Source: Nemertoderma westbladi (Eukaryota > Animalia > Xenacoelomorpha). From it: DNA of 36,424 nucleotides. This document shows, piece after piece, positions 23,481-35,859 of the stretch. Under the pieces are notes generated by a model, which searched no databases, had not been told where the DNA came from, and worked only from the letters and a program-made list of their open reading frames with translations. A program made the translations under genes and the position numbers. The stretch covers positions 1 through 36,424 of the forward strand of contig JAUCBJ010002372.1 of assembly GCA_032718475.1 (NCBI GenBank). Direction: 5' to 3'. Each line of letters begins with the position of its first letter. Positions within the stretch are counted from its first letter, which is position 1.

Positions 23481-26400
23481 TCCTATTGCTGCTACTATTA
23501 CCCAACTGCTACTATCCTATTTCTGCTATTATTACCCAACTGCCACTATCCTATTGCTGCTATTATTACCCAACTGCCACTATCCTATTGCTGCTATTAT
23601 TACCCAACTGCCTACTATCCTATTGCTGCTATTATTACCCAACTGCCACTATCCAATTGCTGCTATTATTACCCAACTGCTACTATACTATTGCTGCTAT
23701 TATTACCCAACTGCCTACTATCCTATTGCTGCTATTATTACCCAACTGCTACTATCCTATTGCTGCTACTATTACCCAACTGCTACCATCCTATTTCTGC
23801 TATTATTACCGAACTGCCTACTATGCTATTGCTGCTATTATTACCCAACTGCTACTATCCTATTGCTGCTATTATTACCCAACTGCTACTATCCAATTGC
23901 TGCTATTATTACCCAACTGCTACTATCCTATTGCTGCTATTATTACCCAACTGCTACTATCCTATTGCTGCTATTATTACCCAACTGCTACTATCCTATT
24001 GCTGCTATTATTACCCAACTGCCACTATCCTATTGCTGATATTATTACCCAACTGCTACTATCCTATTGCTACTATTATTACCCAACTGCTACTATCCTA
24101 TTGCTGTTATTATTACCCAACTGCTACTATCCTATTGCTGCTACTATTACCAACTGCTACTATCCTATTGCTGCTACTATTACCCAACTGCTACTATCCT
24201 ATTGCTACTATTATTACCCAACTGCCACTATCCTATTGCTGCTATTATTACCCAACTGCCACTATCCTATTGCTGCTACTATTACCTAACTGCTACTATC
24301 CTATTGCTGCTATTATTACCCAACTGCTACTATCCTATTGCTGCTATTATTACCCAACTGCTACTATCCTATTTCTGCTATTATTACCCAACTGCCACTA
24401 TCCTATTGCTGCTATTATTACCCAACTGCCACTATCCTATTGCTGCTACTATTACCCAACTGCCCACTATCCAATTGCTGCTATTATTACCCAACTGCTA
24501 CTATACTATTGCTGCTATTATTACCCAACTGCCTACTATCCTATTGCTGCTATTATTACCCAACTGCTACTATCCTATTGCTGCTACTATTACCCAACTG
24601 CTACCATCCTATTTCTGCTATTATTACCGAACTGCCTACTATGCTATTGCTGCTATTATTACCCAACTGCTACTATCCTATTGCTGCTATTATTACCCAA
24701 CTGCTACTATCCAATTGCTGCTATTATTACCCAACTGCTACTATCCTATTGCTGCTATTATTACCCAACTGCTACTATCCTATTGCTGCTATTATTACCC
24801 AACTGCTACTATCCTATTGCTGCTATTATTACCCAACTGCCACTATCCTATTGCTGATATTATTACCCAACTGCTACTATCCTATTGCTACTATTATTAC
24901 CCAACTGCTACTATCCTATTGCTGTTATTATTACCCAACTGCTACTATCCTATTGCTGCTACTATTACCAACTGCTACTATCCTATTGCTGCTACTATTA
25001 CCCAACTGCTACTATCCTATTGCTACTATTATTACCCAACTGCCACTATCCTATTGCTGCTATTATTACCCAACTGCCACTATCCAATTGCTGCTATTAT
25101 TACCCAACTGCTACTATACTATTGCTGCTATTATTACCCAACTGCCTACTATCCTATTGCTGCTATTATTACCCAACTGCTACTATCCTATTGCTGCTAC
25201 TATTACCCAACTGCTACCATCCTATTTCTGCTATTATTACCGAACTGCCTACTATGCTATTGCTGCTATTATTACCCAACTGCTACTATCCTATTGCTGC
25301 TATTATTACCCAACTGCCACTATCCTATTGCTGATATTATTACCCAACTGCTACTATCCTATTGCTACTATTATTACCCAACTGCTACTATCCTATTGCT
25401 GTTATTATTACCCAACTGCTACTATCCTATTGCTGCTACTATTACCAACTGCTACTATCCTATTGCTGCTACTATTACCCAACTGCTACTATCCTATTGC
25501 TACTATTATTACCCAACTGCCACTATCCTATTGCTGCTATTATTACCCAACTGCCACTATCCTATTGCTACTATTATTACCCAACTGCTACTATCCTATT
25601 GCTGTTATTATTACCCAACTGCTACTATCCTATTGCTGCTACTATTACCAACTGCTACTATCCTATTGCTGCTACTATTACCCAACTGCCCACTATCCTA
25701 TTGCTGCTATTATTACCCAACTGCCACTATCCTATTGCTGCTACTATTACCCAACTGCCACTATCCTATTGCTGCTATTATTACCCAACTGCTACTATCC
25801 TATTTCTGCTTTTATTACCCAACTGCCACTATCCTATTGCTGCTACTATTACCCAACTGCTACTATCCTATTACTACTATTATTACCCAACTGCTGCTAT
25901 CCTATTGCTGCTATTATTACCCAACTGCCACTATCCTATTGCTGCTATTATTACCCAACTGCTACTATCCTATTTCTGCTATTATTACCCAACTGCCACT
26001 ATCCTATTGCTGCTATTATTACCCAACTGCTACTATCCTATTGCTGCTATTATTACCCAACTGCCACTATCCTATTGCTGCTACTATTACCCAACTGCTA
26101 CTATCCTATTGCTACTATTATTACCCAACTGCTACTATCCTATTTCTGCTATTATTACCCAACTGCCACTATCCTATTGCTGCTACTATTACCCAACTGC
26201 TACTATCCTATTGCTACTATTATTACCCAACTGCTACTATCCTATTGCTGCTATTATTACCCAACTGCCACTATCCTATTGCTGCTATTATTACCCAACT
26301 GCCACAATCCTATTGCTGCTATTATTACCCAACTGCTACTATCCTATTTCTGCTATTATTACCCAACTGCCACTATCCTATTGCTGCTATTATTACCCAA

Positions 26401-28951
26401 CTGCTACTATCCTATTGCTGCTATTATTACCCAACTGCCACTTTCCTATTGCTGCTACTATTACCCAACTGCTACTATCCTATTGCTACTATTATTACCC
26501 AACTGCTACTATCCTATTGCTGCTATTATTACCCAACTGCCACTATCCTATTGCTGCTACTATTACCCAACTGCTACTATCCTATTGCTACTATTATTAC
26601 CCAACTGCTACTATCCTATTGCTGCTATTATTACCCAACTGCCACTATCCTATTGCTGCTATTATTACCCAACTGCTACTGTCCTATTTCTGCTATTATT
26701 ACCCAACTGCCACTATCCTATTGCTGCTATTATTACCCAACTGCTACTATCCTATTGCTGCTATTATTACCCAACTGCCACTATCCTATTGCTGCTACTA
26801 TTACCCAACTGCTACTATCCTATTGCTACTATTATTACCCAACTGCTACTATCCTATTTCTGCTATTATTACCCAACTGCCACTATCCTATTGCTGCTAT
26901 TATTACCCAACTGCTACTATCCTATTGCTGCTATTATTACCCAACTGCCACTATCCTATTGCTGCTACTATTACCCAACTGCTACTATCCTATTGCTACT
27001 ATTATTACCCAACTGCTACTATCCTATTGCTGCTATTATTACCCAACTGCTACTATCCTATTGCTGCTACTATTACCCAACTGCTACTATCCTATTGCTG
27101 CTATTATTACCCAACTGCCTACTATCCTATTGCTGCTATTATTACCCAACTGCTACTATCCTATTGCTGCTATTATTACCCAACTGCTACTATCCTATTT
27201 CTGCTATTATTACCCAACTGCCACTATCCTATTGCTGCTATTATTACCCAACTGCTACTATCCTATTGCTGCTACTATTACCCAACTGCTACTATCCTAT
27301 TGCTACTATTATTACCCAACTGCCACTATCCTATTGCTACTATTATTACCCAACTGCTACTATCATATTGCTGCTATTATTACCCAACTGCCTACTATCC
27401 TATTGCTGCTATTATTACCCAACTGCTACTATCCTATTGCTGCTATTATTACCCAACTGCTACTATCCTATTTCTGCTATTATTACCCAACTGCTACTAT
27501 CATATTGCTGCTATTATTACCCAACTGCTACTATCCTATTGCTGCTATTATTACCCAACTACCACTATCCTATTGCTGCTATTATTACCCAACTGCTACT
27601 ATCCTATTGCTGCTACTATTACCCAACTGCTACTATCCTATTGCTGCTACTATTACCCAACTGCTACTATCCTATTGCTACTATTATTACCCAACTGCCA
27701 CTATCCTATTGCTGCTATTATTACCCAACTGCCACTATCCTATTGCTGCTATTATTACCCAACTGCTACTATCCTATTGCTGCTATTATTACCCAAATGG
27801 CACTATCCTATTGCTGTTATTATTACCCAACTGCTACTATCCTATTGCTGCTATTATTACCCATCTGCTACTATCCTATTGCTGCTATTATTACCCAACT
27901 GCCACTATCATATTGCTGCTATTATTACCCAACTGCTACTATCCTATTGCTGCTATTATTACCCAACTGCTACTATCCTATTGCTGCCATTATTACCGAA
28001 CTGCTACTATCCTATTGCTGCTATTATTACCCAACTGCTACTATCCTATTGCTGCTATTATTACCCAACTGCCACTATCCTATTGCTGCTATTATTACCC
28101 AACTGCTACTATCCTATTGCTGCTACTATTACCCAACTGCCACTATCCTATTGCTGCTATTATTACCCAACTGCTACTATCTTATTGCTGCTATTATTAC
28201 CCAACTGCTACTATCCTATTGCTGCTACTATTACCCAACTGCTACTATCCTATTGCTGCTATTATTACCCAACTGCTACTATCCTATTTCTGCTATTATT
28301 ACCGAACTGCCTACTATGCTATTGCTGCTATTATTACCCAACTGCTACTATCCTATTGCTGCTACTATTACCCAACTGCCTACTATCCTATTGCTGCTAC
28401 TATTACCCAACTGCTACCATCCTATTGCTGCTATTATTACCCAACTGCTACTATCTATTGCTGCTACTATTACCCAACTGCTACCATCCTATTTCTGCTA
28501 TTATTACCCAACTGCCACTATCCTATTGCTGCTATTATTACCCAACTGCTACTATCTTATTGCTGCTATTATTACCCAACTGCTACTATCCTATTGCTGC
28601 TACTATTACCCAACTGCTACTATCCTATTGCTGCTATTATTACCCAACTGCTACTATCCTATTTCTGCTATTATTACCGAACTGCCTACTATGCCATTGC
28701 TGCTATTATTACCCAACTGCTACTATCCTATTGCTGATTTTATTACCCAACTGCAACTATCCTATTGCTGCTATTATTACCCAACTTCTACTATCCCATT
28801 GCTGCTATTATTACCCAACTGCCTACTATGCTATTGATGCTATTATTACCCAACTGCCTACTATCATATTGCTGCTATTATTACCTCTAAATTCAAATAG
28901 TTATTACGTCAGCCAGTCATTAGTTATATTAAATTATTGACTAAATCATTT

Positions 28952-31900
28952 CTGTCGTACCTCTCAGCCTAACTGTCGAACGTCCCATCCAAACTGTCGT
29001 ACTATATGTCGTACATATCAATCTATTTGTCGTACATCCCAGCTTAACTCTCTTACTATCTATCGTACATATCTGCTTATCAGCTTATTTGTCTAACTGT
29101 CGTACATCTAAGCCTTACTGCCATACTAGTTGTCGTACATCTCAGTCTAACTGTCGTACATCTATGCCTTACTGCCATATTAGTTGTCGCACATCTCAGT
29201 CTAACTGTCGTACATCTAATCCTTACTGCCATACTAGTTGTCGTACATCTCAGCCTAACTGTCGTACATCTAAGCCTTACTGCCATACTAGTTGTCGTAC
29301 ATCTCAGTCTAACTGTCGTACATCTAAGCCTTACTGCCATACTAGTTGTCGTACATCTCAGCCTAACTGTTGTACATCTAAGCCTTACTGCCATACTAGT
29401 TTTCGTACATCTCCGCCTAAGTGTCGAACATCCCTTCCTAACTGTCGTATTATATGTCGTACATATCAGTCTATTTGTCGTACATCCCAGCTTAACTCAC
29501 GTACTATCTGTCGTACATCTCTGTTTATCAGCACATCAGTACACAGCAGTATCAGTACATCTCAGTCTAACTGTCGTACATCTAAGCCTTACTGCCATAC
29601 TAGTTGTCGTACATCTCAGTCTAACTGTCGTACATCTAAGCCTTACTGCCATACTAGTTGTCGCACATCTCAACCTAACTGTCGTACATCTAAGCCTTAC
29701 TGCCATACTAGTTGTCGTACATCTCAGTCTAACTGTCGTACATCTAAGCCTTACTGCCATACTAGTTGTCGTACATCTCAGCCTAACTGTCGTACATCTA
29801 AGCCTTACTGCCATACTAGTTGTCGTACATCTCAGTCTAACTGTCGTACATCTAAGCCTTACTGCCATACTAGTTGTCGTACATCTCAGCCTAACTGTTG
29901 TACATCTAAGCCTTACTGCCATACTAGTTGTCGTAGATCTCCGCCTAACTGTCGAACATCCCTTCCTAACTGTCGTATTATATGTCGTACATATCAGTCT
30001 ATTTGTCGTACATCCCAGCTTAACTCACGTACTATCTGTCGTACATCTCTGTTTATCAGCACATCAGTACACATCAGTATCAGTACATCTCAGTCTAACT
30101 GTCGTACATCTAAGCCTTACTGCCATACTAGTTGTCGTACATCTCAGTCTAACTGTCGTACATCTAAGCCTTACTGCCATACTAGTTGTCGTACATCTCA
30201 ACCTAACTGTCGTACATCTAAGCCTTACTGCCATACTAGTTGTCGTACATCTCAGTCTAACTGTCGTACATCTAAGCCTTACTGCCATACTAGTTGTCGT
30301 ACATCTCAGCCTAACTGTCGTACATCTAAGCCTTACTGCCATACTAGTTGTCGTACATCTCAGTCTAACTGTCGTACATCTACGCCTTACTGCCATTGTC
30401 GTACATCTCAGCCTAACTGTTGTACATCTAAGCCTTACTGCCATACTAGTTGTCGTACATCTCAGCCTAACTGTCGTACATCTAAGCCTTACTGCCATAC
30501 TAGTTGTCGTACATCACAGTCTAACTGTCGTACATCTAAGCCTTACTGCCATACTTGTTGTCGTACATCTCAGTCTAACTGTCGTACATCTAAGCCTTAC
30601 TGCCATACTAGTTGTCGTACATCTCAGCCTAACTGTCGTATATCTAAGCCTTACTGCCATACTAGTTGTCGTACATCTCAGTCTAACTGTCGTACATCTA
30701 AGCCTTACTGCCATACTAGTTGTCGTACATCTCAGCCTAACTGTCGTACATCTAAGCCTTACTGCCATACTAGTTGTCGTACATCTCAGTCTAACTGTCG
30801 TACATCTAAGCCTTACTGCCATACTAGTTGTCGTACATCTCAGTCTAACTGTCGTACATCTAAGCCTTACTGCCATACTAGTTGTCGTACATCTCAGCCT
30901 AACTGTCGTACATCTAAGCCTTACTGCCATACTAGTTGTCGTACATCTCAGTCTAACTGTCGTACATCTAAGCCTTACTGCCATACTAGTTGTCGTACAT
31001 CTCAGCCTAACTGTCGTACATCTAAGCCTTACTGCCATACTAGTTGTCGTACATCTCAGTCTAACTGTCGTACATATAAGCCTTACTGCCATACTAGTTG
31101 TCGTACATCTCAGTCTAACTGTCGTACATCTAAGCCTTACTGCCATACTAGTTGTCGTACATCTCAGTCTAACTGTCGTACATCTAAGCCTTACTGCCAT
31201 ACTAGTTGTCGTACATCTCAGTCTAACTGTCGTACATCTAAGCCTTACTGCCATACTAGTTGTCGTACATCTCAGCCTAACTGTTGTACATCTAAGCCTT
31301 ACTGCCATACTAGTTGTCGTACATCTCCGCCTATCTGTCGAACATCCCTTCCTAACTGTCGTATTATATGTCGTACATATCAGTCTATTTGTCGTACATC
31401 CCAGCTTAACTCACGTACTATCTGTCGTACATCTCTGTTTATCAGCACATCAGTACACATCAGTATCAGTACATCTCAGTCTAACTGTCGTACATCTAAG
31501 CCTTACTGCCATACTAGTTGTCGTACATCTCAACCTAACTGTCGTACATCTAAGCCTTACTGCCATACTAGCCTAACTGTCGTACATCTCAGTCTAACTG
31601 TCGTACATCTAAGCCTTACTGCCATACTAGTTGTCGTACATCTCAACCTAACTGTCGTACATCTCAGTCTAACTGTCGTACATCTAAGCCTTACTGCCAT
31701 ACTAGTTGTCGTACATCTCAGCCTAACTGTCGTACATCTAAGCCTTACTGCCATACTAGTTGTCGTACATCTCAGTCTAACTGTCGTACATCTAAGCCTT
31801 ACTGCCATACTAGTTGTCGTACATCTCAGCCTAACTGTCGTACATCTAAGCCTTACTGCCATACTAGTTGTCGTACATCTCAGTCTAACTGTCGTACATC

Positions 31901-34257
31901 TAAGCCTTACTGCCATACTAGTTGTCGTACATCTCAGTCTAACTGTCGTACATCTAAGCCTTACTGCCATACTAGTTGTCGTACATCTCAGCCTAACTGT
32001 CGTACATCTAAGCCTTACTGCCATACTAGTTGTCGTACATCTCAGTCTAACTGTCGTACATCTAAGCCTTACTGCCATACTAGTTGTCGTACATCTCAGC
32101 CTAACTGTCGTACATCTAAGCCTTACTGCCATACTAGTTGTCGTACATCTCAGTCTAACTGTCGTACATATAAGCCTTACTGCCATACTAGTTGTCGTAC
32201 ATCTCAGTCTAACTGTCGTACATCTAAGCCTTACTGCCATACTAGTTGTCGTACATCTCAGCCTAACTGTCGTACATCTAAGCCTTACTGCCATACTAGT
32301 TGTCGTACATCTCAGTCTAACTGTCGTACATCTAAGCCTTACTGCCATACTAGTTGTCGTACATCTCAGCCTAACTGTTGTACATCTAAGCCTTACTGCC
32401 ATACTAGTTGTCGTACATCTCCGCCTATCTGTCGAACATCCCTTCCTAACTGTCGTATTATATGTCGTACATATCAGTCTATTTGTCGTACATCCCAGCT
32501 TAACTCACGTACTATCTGTCGTACATCTCTGTTTATCAGCACATCAGTACACATCAGTATCAGTACATCTCAGTCTAACTGTCGTACATCTAAGCCTTAC
32601 TGCCATACTAGTTGTCGTACATCTCAACCTAACTGTCGTACATCTAAGCCTTACTGCCATACTAGCCTAACTGTCGTACATCTCAGTCTAACTGTCGTAC
32701 ATCTAAGCCTTACTGCCATACTAGTTGTCGTACATCTCAACCTAACTGTCGTACATCTCAGTCTAACTGTCGTACATCTAAGCCTTACTGCCATACTAGC
32801 CTAACTGTCGTACATCTCAGTCTAACTGTCGTACATCTAAGCCTTACTGCCATACTAGTTGTCGTACATCTCAGTCTAACTGTCGTACATCTAAGCCTTA
32901 CTGCCATACTAGTTGTCGTACATCTCAACCTAACTGTCGTACATCTAAGCCTTACTGCCATACTAGTTGTCGTACATCTCAGCCTAACTGTCGTACATCT
33001 AAGCCTTACTGCCATACTAGTTGTCGTACATCTCAGTCTAACTGTCGTACATCTAAGCCTTACTGCCATACTAGTTGTCGTACATCTCAGCCTAACTGTC
33101 GTACATCTAAGCCTTACTGCCATACTAGTTGTCGTACATCTCAGTCTAACTGTCGTACATCTAAGCCTTACTGCCATACTAGTTGTCGTACATCTCAGTC
33201 TAACTGTCGTACATCTAAGCCTTACTGCCATACTAGTTGTCGTACATCTCAGCCTAACTGTCGTACATCTAAGCCTTACTGCCATACTAGTTGTCGTACA
33301 TCTCAGTCTAACTGTCGTACATCTAAGCCTTACTGCCATACTAGTTGTCGTACATCTCAGCCTAACTGTCGTACATCTAAGCCTTACTGCCATACTAGTT
33401 GTCGTACATCTCAGTCTAACTGTCGTACATATAAGCCTTACTGCCATACTAGTTGTCGTACATCTCAGTCTAACTGTCGTACATCTAAGCCTTACTGCCA
33501 TACTAGTTGTCGTACATCTCAGCCTAACTGTCGTACATCTAAGCCTTACTGCCATACTAGTTGTCGTACATCTCAGTCTAACTGTCGTACATCTAAGCCT
33601 TACTGCCATACTAGTTGTCGTACATCTCAGCCTAACTGTTGTACATCTAAGCCTTACTGCCATACTAGTTGTCGTACATCTCCGCCTATCTGTCGAACAT
33701 CCCTTCCTAACTGTCGTATTATATGTCGTACATATCAGTCTATTTGTCGTACATCCCAGCTTAACTCACGTACTATCTGTCGTACATCTCTGTTTATCAG
33801 CACATCAGTACACATCAGTATCAGTACATCTCAGTCTAACTGTCGTACATCTAAGCCTTACTGCCATACTAGTTGTCGTACATCTCAACCTAACTGTCGT
33901 ACATCTAAGCCTTACTGCCATACTAGCCTAACTGTCGTACATCTCAGTCTAACTGTCGTACATCTAAGCCTTACTGCCATACTAGTTGTCGTACATCTCA
34001 ACCTAACTGTCGTACATCTCAGTCTAACTGTCGTACATCTAAGCCTTACTGCCATACTAGCCTAACTGTCGTACATCTCAGTCTAACTGTCGTACATCTA
34101 AGCCTTACTGCCATACTAGTTGTCGTACATCTCAGTCTAACTGTCGTACATATAAGCCTTACTGCCATACTAGTTGTCGTACATCTCAACCTAACTGTCG
34201 TACATCTAAGCCTTACTGCCATACTAGTTGTCGTACATCTCAACCTAACTGTCGTAC
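28952..34257. repeat. Satellite 2: 54-bp minisatellite (21+21+12 subunits) punctuated by a ~150-bp diverged block
   Basis: Unit tgtcgtacatctcag(t/c)ctaac-tgtcgtacatctaagccttac-tgccatactagt; a block starting ctccgcc recurs at 29411, 29939, 31325, 32419 and 33680, with a more degenerate version at ~28960-29090. Confidence 0.97.
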
Positions 34258-34271
34258 TTTCTACGCAATTG

Positions 34272-34279
34272 TATATAAA
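34272..34279 (+). promoter_or_regulatory. Candidate TATA box for the PEBP gene
   Basis: tatataaa ~70 bp upstream of ATG 34351 (a second copy at 34324-34331); the AT-rich context weakens the call. Confidence 0.3.
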
Positions 34280-34350
34280 TTAGATCTCCTGTTTTGTAAG
34301 GATTTGTTGTTTTGTAATTCCTTTATATAAATGTAGTTGGTCGTAGAAAA

Positions 34351-34863
34351 ATGTTTGCATTTGATATTGCGATCGGGATATTTATTATTGTATGTTATGA
34401 TATCGCCATGGTTACCTCTTTGGAGGTTCCCATAGTAACCTACAAAGGCGTCGGGATTGTAAAGGACCAGCAGGACTTAACGGCCAAGAAGGACAGACTG
34501 TCTGCGGCTCCGAACGTCCAGTGCAGCTGTCTGAGAGACTGCGACTCCATGACGTTACTGATGATAGACCCTGACGCCCCCGACCCTGCGAACCCAACCG
34601 CGGCACCCTGGCTGCATTGGCTCGTGGGAAACATTCCCGGGAATAAAGTCTCGCAAGGGGAAACCTTCACCGATTACAATGGGCCAACGCCCCCAAGCGG
34701 CAGACATCGGTACGAGATTCGGGTTTACAATCAAACAGACGGCGTCTCAGATAACTTCCCGACTCCGAGCTCCAGGCCTAATTTTGATGTCGCGCAACTG
34801 GAAACTAACGTGGGTCTAACTTTAGTTAGTAAACTTACCTACACAGTGTCGGCCAACAATTAA
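34351..34863 (+). CDS. Phosphatidylethanolamine-binding protein (PEBP/RKIP/OV-16-like family), intronless, probable signal peptide
   Basis: Family motifs TLLMIDPDAP, WLHWLVGNIPG, YNGPTPPSGRHRY, RPNFDV; hydrophobic N-terminus MFAFDIAIGIFIIVCYDIAMVTS; aaaaATG context; AATAAA at 34933-34938. Confidence 0.93.
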   Translation: MFAFDIAIGIFIIVCYDIAMVTSLEVPIVTYKGVGIVKDQQDLTAKKDRLSAAPNVQCSCLRDCDSMTLLMIDPDAPDPANPTAAPWLHWLVGNIPGNKVSQGETFTDYNGPTPPSGRHRYEIRVYNQTDGVSDNFPTPSSRPNFDVAQLETNVGLTLVSKLTYTVSANN

Positions 34864-34932
34864 CTATTTTTTTTATTTCCAATTATTTCTTTATAAGTTA
34901 TTGAATATGTTATCGGTATGTAACAATGTAAT

Positions 34933-34938
34933 AATAAA
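34933..34938 (+). terminator. Candidate polyadenylation signal of the PEBP gene
   Basis: aataaa 70 bp after the stop codon; AT-rich context. Confidence 0.35.
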
Positions 34939-35859
34939 TATTATTATGGAATTATATTGGCAATGGCAAGGGTTTCAAAAATGTAGATGTATCTATTTTA
35001 TACAATCCGTTGGATAAAAAAAGATATTAATTTGTTACATCCTATAAACAACATGGAAAGGTTACAGTGGCTGATTGATTATTCTAACAAAAACAATATA
35101 CGAGAGTAAATTAACAGTTTTTATGGCAATCAGCTGTTATTTGAGTCGATTTCCCATGGATAGGATTGGATTTTGATAGCGTAAACAGTAATAAAATAAC
35201 AGTAATAAAATAATTTGGAGTAGCGGGAATGGATGGTGAACAGTTATAATAGAGATTCAAGATATTTATTTTATAACAAGTGATTTTTTGGTCTTTGCAT
35301 TTTTAATTTCGAATGGCAATTCATTCCATATTTCTGGGCCTGTAAATCAAGACTGTTTGGATATTAGGAATCGAACACGCGTAATGAAAAAACTTTTAGT
35401 GGATGCTGAACGAGTAGATTACTTATGAACATTGGATATTGAATTAAATAGATTTGAAAGGCCGTCAGTTTTAGAACAATTTTTGATGTCAAACATTCAA
35501 AATTCCAGCACAAATTGTTTTTCAAGTGAAGTGGGAGAGAGTGACGTAATTAAAAAAATATGCCAGTTAATTCATAATACATTATTATACACAATTATTA
35601 TACTGTAAATACATTCTAATGTGATAATGTTTTTGTCCGTTTTGATTTAAGTTCACTATTCCTCAATGAAATTGAAACATATTATAATTTTATTATCAGG
35701 ATCCGATCCAGTTGAGGCGTCAAAAGTGAGAGTTTAAGGGGGGGGGTTCACCTTTTGGAGACACCTCCAGTTTGTGGAGGTTTAAAAGAAATATTTATAT
35801 TGCATAAATACACTGAAATTATACATACATATGTATTAGTTAATTCTTAAAACAATTTT

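Larger units (their letters stand above)
8074..28885. repeat. Satellite 1: 34-bp tandem array (~565 monomers) with higher-order duplications
   Basis: Consensus ccaactgctactatcctattgctgctattattac; recurrent variants gccact, gcctact (+1), tatttctg, gctttattac (-2), gctagtatt..aacttcta, ccgaactg. Copy number estimated from length minus the 1569-bp insertion, divided by 34. Confidence 0.98.

Noticed and set aside
8074-28885. Telomeric array, suggested by ttaccc and C/G strand bias
   Set aside because: The array is internal with non-repeat flanks on both sides, has no canonical short telomeric unit, and LINE-B copies are not in head-to-tail terminal arrays.
8031-28940. Dozens of very long L/Y/C-rich ORFs (up to 1602 aa)
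   Set aside because: The 34-bp monomer has no stop on +, and since 34 is not a multiple of 3 all three frames give the same rotating peptide; frequent +1/-2 variants show no frame selection.
29080-34243. Minus-strand MAVRLRCTT... ORFs
   Set aside because: Antisense translations of the 54-bp repeat with no independent coding evidence.
8074-34257. CRISPR array or RT-associated prokaryotic system (retron, DGR, defence RT)
   Set aside because: Repeats are head-to-tail without unique spacers (the seven inserts are identical), there are no cas genes, and the RTs are non-LTR type with TSDs and tails.
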